Under the pieces are notes generated by a model that was not told where the DNA came from, did not search any database, and saw only the letters and a program-made list of their open reading frames with translations. A DNA stretch of 63,152 nt, counting the filler, from Basidiobolus ranarum (lineage: Eukaryota), in the NCBI GenBank assembly GCA_040143965.1. It is 14 parts of 14 records of this genome, joined end to end, with 100 filler letters (N's around TTAATTAATTAA, not from the genome) between each part and the next. Parts side by side here need not be neighbours in the genome. Positions count along the whole stretch, not along the records: positions 36,244 to 40,654 come from JASJQH010001970.1; positions 40,755 to 45,163 come from JASJQH010001971.1; positions 45,264 to 49,664 come from JASJQH010001972.1; 11 more parts are not named here. The stretch is one strand, 5' to 3'. The position numbers and the translations under genes are program-made. Position 1 is the first letter of the stretch; the number at the start of each line of letters is the position of its first letter. Below, one piece after another: positions 37,558 to 49,281 of the stretch.

Positions 37558-39489
37558 GTTGGCCTTTTCGACTATTTTTCATATCCTTCGCACTAGTTAC
37601 ACTACGAATTGCTCCCACAAAACCTATATTGTTCATCACCATTTTCCATGTATCCAAAGTAACTTCATCATAATCTTTTTGAGCTCCACTCATTAATTAG
37701 CATATGTATTCTCGTTCGGTAGATATCGAAAGGATATATTGGCAATGCATGATTATGTCTTGTAGAACCAAATGTAAAAACCAATAGACATATTACCCTC
37801 TTCAATTCGACATTTTTATATCGATAGTATACTGTAAAGATATAATATATACTAGCTATTGTAACAGTCAAGTTTTTTTGAAATTCAATAAACTTGAGTC
37901 CTCCACTTTTGACTATTAGATATGATGGACAATGTGGGACTCCTCGGTAGGAACATCGACCACAACAATGAACCCTGATATGTTATCCACAAATCGATTG
38001 ATAATGAGAAAATTTCATATGTTCAAACCGATGGGAAACGATAAAGACAGCGACTCTAGAATCTTACCAATTCGAGATTTATCATTCTCAATGCTGTCTG
38101 CAGTTGATAGCAAATCTCGGTTCATAAATGGATCTCCCTTTTCTTGGTTGCTCATATGTGTTTAGTTATGCACCAATTGGGGAGCAGCTTTTGCTCCCTT
38201 TCTCTTTGGACCATCTGGGATGAATAGATAGACGATAGAAGTAAAATGATACTTGCCTTTTTTGGTATACTAAGATTGTGTGTTATTTGGGTTACGCACA
38301 GGCTGGGCGGTTGTTTAAACTACACTCTTGCTCTTACATGTTCAGGAGCAAAGGAGTGGCGAATTAGCCCCAAGTATGTTTTGACGCCCATGCATGTATA
38401 TTGCTTAACCAAGGAGCGATCAATGGACAGTGGCTAGTGCATAGCACTAGTTGGAAACGGGGTGGCACGCGTATTCCCATGATCAATCAACCATGTACAG
38501 CCCCATCTTTGGCAGTGAATAGCTCAGGTTTATTCCAGGGTAGAATTGAGCCAGTTTGAGGTCGGATTACCTAAGATTCGAACGATTATTGCTTTTACAC
38601 GGGTTGCTGTCATTGGATGATTTCAGTACAAGTACTACTCAAAAACTCTAGCTAAATAGATTCCTTCTCAAAACCTGTCTGGCAGTGTTCTCCCCAGGAT
38701 CTAGGCCATGAGTTGAATCAGGCTGGCGTTCAAATGTCAAGGGGCTGAAACCTCACAATTTATGAATACACAGCTCTGGCTGTTTCTATTCGTCGACTCG
38801 GGTGGAATATTTTCTGGTAGTAATGATGATTTATGTATAAACCAATAGTTTTTATAAATTAGGTATTAGCATGGATATTGTAAGAAGAGTGGGAAGCAAA
38901 TAGATTCTTACTAAGAAGTTTCCAACCGTTTGGTGTATAGAAATCGCAATATCATGAAAAGAAGCCATGGTCTGATCTCTCACTCAGAGTCTTACCATGT
39001 TTTGATATATACGTTATCCAATAAATTCGGACTAAACCTATATGAGATATTCTGTTGATCCTTTTTTTCCTTGCCAATTTCATTCGATGTATTTTAGGCA
39101 ATCTAGTAGGAAATTAAATGTTTTCCCGGCCGCCTCCTTGTCTAAAATGAATCAATTTCTAAAGAACCCATGATAATAACCTAGGCATTCTATCTGACAC
39201 TTGCTGTTGAGAGCTGGTGGCGTATTTTGGAATGTTTTAAACTGTTCTCTTTGCGGTAATGACAATACCCACATGTTGGGAATAAACTGGGCCCTACTTC
39301 GACTGAAGAGCTGAGAGTGTACCAAACTTGGTTGTGATCAATACCCGGTTGAACTGTGGTTAATAAGTTTAGCAAACACAAGTACACGAAGAGGTCTACT
39401 TTATTCGTTCACCAATTATCTATAGGCCGAATTTCTTACAACACGACTTGAACTACTACTCTGTATAAGAAGCTCTGATGGGATTGGCA

Positions 39490-40646
39490 TTACATCATCC
39501 CCATAGATCCGCGTCTCTTGCGTTCATTGTATTTGGCTATGAGAAGAGCTACATCCAGTGATTGTTCATAATTCAATCTTGGATCACAGGAAGTTTGGTA
39601 GTTCTGGGACAGATGGTGGTGGTCCAACTCCATAAATCCACCTACACACTCGGTCACACTATCTCCAGTCATCTCCAAGTGTACACCATTCAAAGTACGG
39701 CCATACTCCAGATGAATGCTGAAGCTGCGGCTTATCTCTTGGATGATGTTCCTGAAATTACGCGTTTTGACGCCAGAGCTAGACTGTTCGGTGCTATAAT
39801 TCATATGAGCTATTTGAGATGATTAGAGTGGAAGGAAGTGTATATTGACTTACTTTCCGTGCATGGGATCACAAGCCCATACCACCACATGTCCTGAATC
39901 TTGAACAGCCTTGATGTGTTTGGGAAGATGCTCATCCACCTATTTCCATCACAAAGTATTAATAGTTGGCACTTATCCTATCCACAGAAGAAAACATCTC
40001 TTACAAGATTACAGCCATAACGTGTGATTAGAGTGACCTTGCCAATCTCCTTGTTTGGGTTTACGATATCTAATAGCCGCGATAATTCTTCGGGATCCAT
40101 AGATGGGCCACACTTGATCCCAATTGGATTCTCTATACCAGAAAAGTATTCCACATGTGCGCCATCGATCTGCCTTGTACGGTCACCTATCCATATAAAA
40201 TGTGCACTGGTATTGTACCATTTCATCTCACGCGTATCAGGGTCGGGTAGTTTTCTGGTTAGCGCCTCTTCATAGGGGAGGATCAGTGCTTCATGAGATG
40301 TAAATAAATCTATATTGCTAATTTGGGAAGCATCAGCCCCCACTACTTTCATATAATTCAAGGCATCTGATAGTCGATTTGCTATTGATTGATATTCCTC
40401 CCTAGTATGACTGTTTCGAAAATGTTGAAGGTCCCAGGCCAACGGATCATGGAGATCTATATAGAATTATGGTTAAATCTTCATTCCCATTAAGGAAGGA
40501 AGTGAATTTAGCTGACCTGCGAACCCAGCTAACAATACACACTGGTTAGTGAAAATTCAGAAAATATAATTGGTCCGGGTGAAGAAAACTTACAGTGTAA
40601 GATGGTTCTTATATAATTCAAACTGGCAGTCGAATGAAAATACGCT
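39490..40646 (-). CDS. Class II DAHP synthase, 5'-truncated; exons 40594-40646, 40517-40528, 40005-40456, 39854-39939, 39490-39793
   Basis: FTSHEAL, YNTSAHFIWIGDRTRQIDGAHVEY, NPIGIKCGP, WACDPMHGNT, GVHLEMTG..VTECVGG, CDPRLN. All junctions are GT-AG and in frame. Confidence 0.95.
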
Positions 40647-42233
40647 CTACAGTGNNNNNNNNNNNNNNNNNNNNNNNNNNNNNNNNNNNNNNNNNNNNTT
40701 AATTAATTAANNNNNNNNNNNNNNNNNNNNNNNNNNNNNNNNNNNNNNNNNNNNAAGCACATCTTAATATAAATTCTCGTTATGTACTAAAATGTGTGGA
40801 CATAGAGAAGTTAGGATGGTGTCATGAATACACCCATGAGCACATGGTAACACATTTGGAAACTGTGAAGAACAAAAAATGCAAAGAGAGTGAGTTTTCC
40901 ACATTTTCGTCACGAAGGAAAGGCTATCATAAATGCAACCTCTTACAATATGGTTGAGCAGCTTACCAGTTACATTCTGAGGAGATCAGGTTGCCATTTT
41001 AGCCATCAATATGTTTAAACTCATGGCTAAGATACTTGAAGTTACCTTTGATAACTCATTATGCTTACTTTCCTACTTAATCAATCAGTACTCTATTTGA
41101 ATTTTGTACATAAGTGTTATCAACATTTAGCTTATATTGCTGTTTATTGTATCGCTCCTCAGCAATCAATATCACAAACAGTTGCAATTACCAAAAGAAG
41201 TTAGATATAAGCAACAATGATTGGCCAAGGGTAAAAGCTCGACTCATTTTTCACTTTATGAGAAGTAACCATGCTACTCATCCTCTTACCCTTACTGAAG
41301 CAAACAGCATACAAATCCCCGAACTATTCTAGTATAAATACCCTCAAAAGGAGTAATAATGCTATTACTACTCAATATTGACGTAGAGGACGGTATATTC
41401 TTGAGAATGAAATATGCCAGCATTGTAGTTAATATGGATTGCATGCTGTAATGTATTTTTTTGACGTAATACTAACCAGCTAGCCCATGCTGAAGGTCAT
41501 GGCATTTGGTGCATAGTAGTGAAATTTTGGTGCATGGGTGTACTGTGGTTATTGAATGAAAAAATTGCTGACACAAGGGCAGTCAATACACTCAAAACGC
41601 TACTGTGTTGCATGGACACAACTCTCAGCTGTATGATTACCGCTAAATCAAACTCTTTACGATGCCGGGAAATGATAACGAACTTACTGTATGTATCATA
41701 CTCGGAAAGAGTTCTTTGAGTATTCTAGTAACGTGGCCGAGTCAAAGTCACCAATTTGTCGTAATACCAATGCAAATAGGATTTTATATTATGCCATGCT
41801 ACGATATAACAATATGTGGGTGACTCTGATATGTTGGTATTTTCTGGCGAGGTGAAGCGCAAACCATCCCAAGTATGACGTTTTGGGCTCAGCCAATGGT
41901 ATAATGACCAATTGGATTCCATCCAAATATGGCAAAAATATGGTAATGCAGTCCAATTACTTGTAGTATTTCGGAACGATTGGCCACTAACATAGCATCG
42001 AGTCGGAAATCTATGAATCTCAGCTTTCCTATTTACCATCAGAAATCAACAGTCATATTTATGATACGAAATGCAGCATTGATAATCACATCATCCATAT
42101 GAAACAGGCAAATTATCGTCAATTCACTTTCCAGGCTCATAATGGACCATATAAATGCCTTCAATCAACATTGGTTCCTTTATCCATTCTTTTCCGCCTC
42201 CACTTCTAGTCTACACGTGAGGATCGATTGACT

Positions 42234-42986
42234 ATGTCAAAGTTTATTGACTTCGAGAAACCATCTTTGTGGTATGCATTGGCGTCTATCTTTTTCAATC
42301 CTTTGTTTTGGAACATCATAGCACGTCAAGAATATCATAACAAAATATTGACTAAGCTGGCTGGCGGTAACCCTCGTAGAGGTTGCTATGGTTTGGCAGT
42401 TACCATTTTTTCACTTGGAATCTTTCGTGATTACCTCTATTCTCAAGCTTTAAGTGACCAGCCAGTACATCCACTTCTTCAAACTGAATTCGTTAAGCTT
42501 GTAGCAATTGGCTTATTCCTCAGTGGTAACATTCTTGTTCTCAGCTCCATGTATGCTCTTGGTGTTACTGGAACTTACTTGGGTTTGTATTATTAGTATT
42601 TGCACCGAGAGATACTCTCCTAAATTTTCGTTTCTAAATTGAATAGGTGATTATTTCGGAATTTTAATGGACCAACGCGTGACCGGCTTCCCATTCAATG
42701 TGTCTAATAACCCTATGTATCAAGGCTCAACTATGGTATTCCTGGCTTCTGCGTTGTGGTATGTTATATATTCTATTCCAAGACAAATGATTTGTTAGAT
42801 TTACAACATCTGAATAGGTATGGAACACCAGCTGGTATCGTTCTTACTGCCGTAGTATATACCAACTACAATATTGCTTTGAGATTTGAAGAGTATGTGG
42901 AATTTAAATTGTCTATGATAATCAGATACTAATTCATCAACTGATATAGGCCATTCACTGCTATGATATACTCCAAGCGCAAGTAA
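42234..42986 (+). CDS. OPI3: Phosphatidyl-N-methylethanolamine methyltransferase; exons 42234-42582, 42647-42758, 42818-42892, 42950-42986
   Basis: IFFNPLFWNIIARQEY, LSSMYALGVTGTYLGDYFGILM..RVTGFPFNV..NPMY.GST, FEEPFTAMIY. Confidence 0.95.
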
Positions 42987-43624
42987 ACTTGGTTTAACAT
43001 TTCAACACTGCAATAACTTAATAGTCCTGGTACTTGTATATTCAAAATGCTGTAGATCACGCACTATCTCTTGAGATTAGTCGACTGTCTCTTAAAAATA
43101 AACCAGTTCACTATAGCTTAGTAATGAATGAGATTTAGAATGGTTAAATCGATATTCTGACTACAGTCATATTATTCTCTGAGCAGTCAAAAGTAACACT
43201 AAGATAAAGTTGTCGATTAACGTTAGCGTTTTCAATAGTTCACTGAGGTCGTGAAGTTCGCTAACATAGAAATTATCCAATAATATTAAGCCTATCTAAA
43301 TCTAAATTGATTTGAATTATATATCGCAATCTTTAGCCAATCATCAATTAGCACGTACTTTTTGAGTAACAAAGGTCAAGGCTCGTAATAATAAGAAACC
43401 CTCCTACAGTACTGCTAATCGTCACAGTGGCTGAAAATTAGAAATGTTGAGCATACTTTCGAATAGTGTTGGAGTCATGTGATGGGAATCAGAATAGGAT
43501 GTTTTTGATACTTTACTTTCAATAAATTAACATATGTATATATCCGAAAGAAATCCTTGAGATACATAAGATATAGATTTGTTCGATTCTGGTGTGAATC
43601 TTTTACAGCCGAATGGGTGAACTA

Positions 43625-43740
43625 CAGTATTTAAACTTAAGATTGAGACGAATGGAAATGTTTTTAGACGAATGTGAATTTGATTTGAGACGAAACAATG
43701 CTAGTTTTTAGACAAATAAGGAATATTTTGTAGACAATTT
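43625..43740 (-). mobile_element. Candidate right end of the Fanzor-carrying transposon: TA|CAGT terminus plus five repeats of ~22-bp period
   Basis: Plus strand TA(43623-43624)CAGTATTT... AGAC cores in TT(G/T)AGAC(G/A)A start at 43646, 43666, 43688, 43710, 43732. Confidence 0.55.
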
Positions 43741-43749
43741 ACCTGTAAA

Positions 43750-43830
43750 AATCTAAATCTCTTCGAGAAGAGAAACCGTGTGCGAGACGGTGATGTAGTA
43801 AAAACAGTAACAAAAGTTACTGACTTCGAG
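43750..43830 (-). ncRNA. Candidate omegaRNA scaffold core (three stem-loops at the Fanzor 3' end); true boundaries unknown
   Basis: Hairpins CAGTAAC-TTTT-GTTACTG (43805-43822, overlaps the stop), ACCGT-N7-ACGGT (43775-43791), TCTCTT-CTCG-AAGAGA (43758-43773). Confidence 0.5.
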
Positions 43831-45163
43831 AAAACGCTGTTGGGCGCCTATGACCTCTGACCACGTCTTTGGAAATCTTGAAGATGTTCTTTGAAGCATA
43901 TTGACATCACGTTACCATATCATTCCGCAACTTTTACAAGCGAGAGCACTATTTAAATCAGTGATTGCTTCAGTAAGTGACATTTCATTACATGAATGGC
44001 ATGTCTATATAAGTAAAAGTTTTAGATGTATAATCGTAAAATAAAAACAGACTGTGACATCACCTTTGAAGTACAAAGTTAGTCTACAATAGCAAGTAAT
44101 AATTCACCAGAATTTTGTCTGGATTCAAGCTGACGCCAAAGTACCTCAGTGACCCCAGTTCTGAGGTCGTTGAACTTGACTGAATCTTTTCCAAACATTC
44201 CATTACCGAAAGATATGATGGGCAACTTGTCTTTATGGTGTTGAAATTGCTCTGGCTTCCAATATCTGGTGGCTCTTCTAAGAAAACACTAAAATGAAAA
44301 TAGTAATCACTTCTATGTTTCCTGGACTTACTTTGAATTTATTTGTGCTTCTTGTTTACTGCTATAGTTTGCCTGTCTTTTTCTTATTCTTTCTTTCTTT
44401 TCTTCCTATTCTTTGTGATCTGTCGCTTTGATTTATTATACTTTCTACCACCATTAACCAAAATGTTTACCATTGCTTGTCTAGCCCTTTGCACGCCTTG
44501 ATACAAATGAAAACGATTCTTGGCTATAGAATGGCGAGTGAATGCCAGTATTTTCTGAAGGTGCAGCAAAATGTAAGTGACATATTGCAAGTATGGCGAA
44601 GTGTTAGCTGTTTTTGCTGTTGGAATATTTTTAAAAATGGTGCTCATATCTTCAACACACATTATTTCCATTTCCCGCTTTGCATGCCTTTTGGAGCCTG
44701 TGTATGTATAGTACTCCACAGTAGAACATCTTCTAAGCTGGTGAGAAATATCACCATCAACATACGAGGCAGCGAATACTTGGTTTCGATTAGGATCTAT
44801 TGCAGAAAGAGAAACATTGTTCATGTTCTCGTTTTTCATAACATTTCCCAGCAGCGAAATGTCAAGATCTTGGCCAGAATAATAAGCATAGTCATCAATA
44901 TGTATTTTGACACTTTTTTGAAGGACAACATCTGCAGTGAAACCGTCAGTTCTGATCAAATTTGAAAATGCTAGTTTTCTCTTTTTGTTTGGGTCTTGTA
45001 GATCTTGAAAGCTATTATACAAGTACTTGTTAGCAAATGAGTATATGAATATACGCTCGTATACCTACCTATCTAATCTTAGTCTCTTGAAATCAAACAC
45101 CTTGTTAAACATTTCAAGTTTAGCCTCATAAGTGGTTGGCATTTTTATACCAGAAAAAGACGA
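43817..45163 (-). pseudogene. Fanzor1 (eukaryotic TnpB-family RNA-guided endonuclease), intron-containing, inactivated, 5'-truncated by contig end; introns 45012-45068, 44278-44331, 44005-44063
   Basis: IRTDGF (WED), AIDPNRNQVF (RuvC-I), RRCSTVEYY, IPTAKT, PIISFGNGMFG, IVD*LCTSK (RuvC-II), CHSC..CKSC zinc finger, W*RDVNASKNI (RuvC-III), C-terminal RPTAFSR. Confidence 0.88.
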
Positions 45164-46576
45164 NNNNNNNNNNNNNNNNNNNNNNNNNNNNNNNNNNNNN
45201 NNNNNNNTTAATTAATTAANNNNNNNNNNNNNNNNNNNNNNNNNNNNNNNNNNNNNNNNNNNNTTCTAATCCAATACAACCATTTGAAGCGACATACGAG
45301 CCACCCAATGAACGATTTGTGAGAGGCTGGGATTCCAAAAATACCGACCAAGAGTTACAAATTTGGTCAGAATTGGAACCACAACTATAACATGTGAGGG
45401 ATCTGAAAACTGAGAAAGGAATTAATTATGGTGATTATATCCTACTGTACTTCTAATCGATCCAACTCACATAGATGGATGTATTAAGCGCCTGCATATC
45501 AACGGAGATAGTTGACCTAATACGATAAAGCTTCGGAATCTGCCACAACATCAAAAATCTGACAGAGTTGCGCTGCTAGAGCACAGAGAACTAGAGCAAT
45601 AATGGTAGCAAGAGTAGGCCACATACACATCCTCGCTTCTTACAAAAGAACCCCACGAGACTGAATCCAGATGACCACTCCATGATAAAGGGAATTAAGA
45701 CTTTTTACATATATAGGCATCGCCCGGAGCTTCGGGAGTGTTGCATGGCCATTTGCTAAGATCATTAGATATCCAACCCCTGTATGGTAGTACTTGGTAG
45801 ACCTGGACATTTGGTTTTGTTGTACTCTTTCTATTCGGTCATATTATCACACTGACTCAGAACTCAATCTGCTCTAGATATATGTGGTTGACATGGAGTT
45901 GCTTTAATACAATCTAGGTTCAGCTTAATAGCATTATGCCTACAACTCAAGGCCGCAAAAGTATATGCATTTTCTCTGAAATAACTCGCTTACGGAATCG
46001 TGAAAATAGAAAGTAATACATGTGAGTTGGTAGACTAACTAAACAGATAGATTAAGAACCCATCATTTTGGGTCACTTAGTTGGGCTGATTGCTATCATA
46101 TGAATAACACAACCAGTTTAACCAGGGCGGCCTTAACCCGTGAGAAAGGCACTAATAACGTAACCAGTACTGATCGAAATAATCATGTTATTCAAATTCT
46201 CACGGCCTGACAGGCAGTGAGACTTCTCACATTGAATAGTCCAGATGTCTGAGATGCCATTTGAAGATAGCAATATCTCTACCATGTCTACTTGGCTTGA
46301 CATAGCCAGCGCTCGTAAAAAATAATGACCATGTACATCAAGGCTTGCCTAAGGTTTTAAGTGATACCACCCTAGAACCATAGCTTTGTTTAAGTTTTTC
46401 TTAGATGGCTCGTTGTGGAGTACGGGATCTCCCACCAATCAAAGCCTCTCCATGATTACCAAATGTGGAAATAAGATGGGTATCTTGGCTCCATGTGAGC
46501 TCGTTACCGTTTAGAAATTGGTTGTAGAACATTGATTTCGGCTCTCAACACATGTAACGCTAGGATATTCCAGCGA

Positions 46577-47980
46577 TTATAGAAATGGAAGTAAATGTGC
46601 TAAAATCATCCATGTGAGAAACAAGCCAAGACAGATTGAGATAGTTGAAGATAAATAAATGCGAAATAGACCTTTCTCAGTTTGTGAAGGCCATATTGCA
46701 CAAAGCGTGTATATATCCATAGCTAGTAAGCATGACATCGTCATGATCTTGAAGATTATGAAGGCATTGCAAAGCTGTTCTTCTGGAATGCCACTTCTTT
46801 GTACAGTGCAGATTAGCTTTACCGTCGAATCAGATATACAATAGTAATCTACAAGAGACATGACCTAAATGTTATGAATTGCAGTCAAGAGTCTTACTAT
46901 GCAGTACAGAACTATCAATTAACAAAATATTACGTTATGGCCATTCTTGATGTAGCCATGCAGTGGTTATGTAATATCGTTACTGCTGGGCGTATGGAGT
47001 ATAGTATCGAACCCAACACCATATGGATGGATTCAGATGGTAAGCCGATATCAAAGCATAAGCACCCCCCCAAGAGCAAAGGTATTGGGGTAAGCCCAAC
47101 CTGTAAAAACTTTATCGTATGATCAATGTTGGCAGCCACAAAAGGAATGTGTATCCTGGTGCCAACAACATGTGAGGCCCACTATTTTCTCGATAAGGAT
47201 TTCAGGAAGAAGTATCAGATAAATTGCTGCTAACAATGGAGTATTTAGCCCAAAATTGGCAGCAAAAAATATGTACTTGACATGTGGAGATAACGAAAAA
47301 AAATTGAGATGAATCATCTGGCAAAACTCTCAGAAAATACGATGACGACCAGGAGTTCTTCTAAAAGAAATAAACCTATAATCATAGCACCCATTCGTAT
47401 GTTGATGAAACCAGTCAATTGCCAATCTAAACGATAGTATTAGAGAGCCCAATTGCCAAGCACCAAAGCGTTCCTTGCTTAGCCATTAAGGAGATAGCCA
47501 AATCATCCACATAAGAATCTGATTACTAAAGTTAATATAAGCGGCTTGATTTAGCTCGTTTATATATTAACAAATATTGAGATTGATGCCCAAAATAGGG
47601 GAACTTTCCATGGATGGAAGAAATCGATATTTGAAGAAACAATTTCGGCTCCATTTTCTGCAAAGAAACATATTATGGTGAAGGTCAGAGTATAACAGGC
47701 TCATGAATGGTACCATGACTTGCTCGCTTTCTTCCAAAATGGCCAAAATATTACCAGGTAATATAACCGCGGTAGCTTTATACTTGAAGTAGCTTTCTGT
47801 GACACCTATGTGCCATCTTGTCCTACTGAGATGAAGAGAAAAGACTTCCCACACATCCCCCTTGAAAATTCATAGAAAATTCCAGCTACTATGATACTGT
47901 GCCATCGTCATAATTGTGTAAATAGCTAGCAGAAATCCAATATTTTGCAGGCCAATTTGTCATTATTGACTAAAAAGGAT
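46577..47980 (-). pseudogene. Possible decayed multi-pass membrane protein (MFS-like) gene
   Basis: Series of hydrophobic minus-strand ORF fragments in shifting frames (YIFFAANFGLNTPLLAAIYL, VGLTPIPLLLGG, PEEQLCNAFIIF, ISICLGLFLTW). No diagnostic motif. Confidence 0.25.
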
Positions 47981-49281
47981 ATCTGTATAAAACTCAAAGT
48001 AGCAATCTATTAAAATAGATGCTGAATTAAAGTAATGATCATCTACCAATGAAATTCGTATGATAGTCGGATAATTATGGATCAATCTTGGTGGTCATTC
48101 GCTGCATTTCGTCTCTTGGGCACCACTAATGGAGCAAATCATTTTTCAAGCGTCGATACAAACATGAAGAAATACGATGAAACTTGGTGTCCTGGGAGAA
48201 TACAGACCATTAATCGCACGTTCCTGTATTTCACACGGCGATTGATTTTCAGCAAATTCAGGGGTAACTCTGAGCTCAGTGTGGGAGTTAACTGAGGTTA
48301 CAATTGAATGACACACCGCCACTTGAGATGTATAGTTTCAGAATTTGTGCTGTTTCAACCTTTGTAGAATAAATTTGCTTCCAGAAGTCCATTCGTAGCC
48401 TCAGCAATGTCTCTAGCTAATCAAAGCACCCAAAGCATCCAGAGCCAGTCGAAGGGGCCAGCGACTGTGCTAGGTGTTCGAGCATCTACATTAATAATTC
48501 AAGAATAAGGATTGATTGAATTCAAAACTACACTCAATAATGTTGGAACCAAACTATCTAATTCTTTTCACTTCAAGATCCAACCGAAAGGTTAACCAAG
48601 GTGGGAAATTTGGTATGCAAGTTCCAAAATTACCGAAAACCTAAAAAATGGGTATTATCGCGGATCTATGGGATCGTTACTTGGTTCGTAATTAAGCGAT
48701 TCTCACTTGGGAATAAGCTTTTTAGCTTTCAACCTAATCTGAGTGAGTGTAACGAATGATTGACGCAGCTATCAGTAGCTTGGCTTGAGCAAGATCAAAC
48801 TCTGGGCTTTGGCAAGGTGGTTGTTTCATTGTCTGCAGTATTGAAGAAAGGTACGTGAGAAAATGGATACAACTTAACGAGAGATATGGTCTCATGACCC
48901 GTTTAAGTATGTATGAACCTCCCAGAAACAGAATTAGATTATCATCTTGCGTGTTGCGGTCAAATTCCCCGCCAAGTATTCGCTAGATTCCAAATAGAGT
49001 GAGCATTTAAATCTTTTAGGAAACATGCAGTATTTCAATTGAGCTTTACGTATGTTCACCTGATCGTCATTCGTTAATGAATACAAATAGAAAGGCTCCA
49101 AATTTAGTTGTCAGTCGAAAATAAATGAATCTGAAGCGGCGAGTTTGAATATAAACGAGGTAAGGCTGCTGATCTTAGGACACATAAATCCCTCTCTTCT
49201 CTTTTATTTCAATTTCTTTACCTTATTATTTCTTTTATTCTAGTGTTCATATCGTATCTCTAGCATATAAATAGATTCTTG

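Noticed and set aside
42214-42220. CACGTGA near the OPI3 start as a UAS-INO-like site
   Set aside because: Single E-box ~15 bp from the ATG, probably in the 5' UTR; not distinguishable from chance.
43641-43740. The 22-bp-period array next to a Cas12-like gene as a CRISPR array
   Set aside because: Units are ~11-bp degenerate cores with ~10-bp gaps, too short for repeat-spacer structure. Eukaryotic context fits transposon-end binding sites better.
44477-44965. 162-aa plus-strand ORF
   Set aside because: Antisense shadow of the Fanzor exon, with no recognisable motifs.
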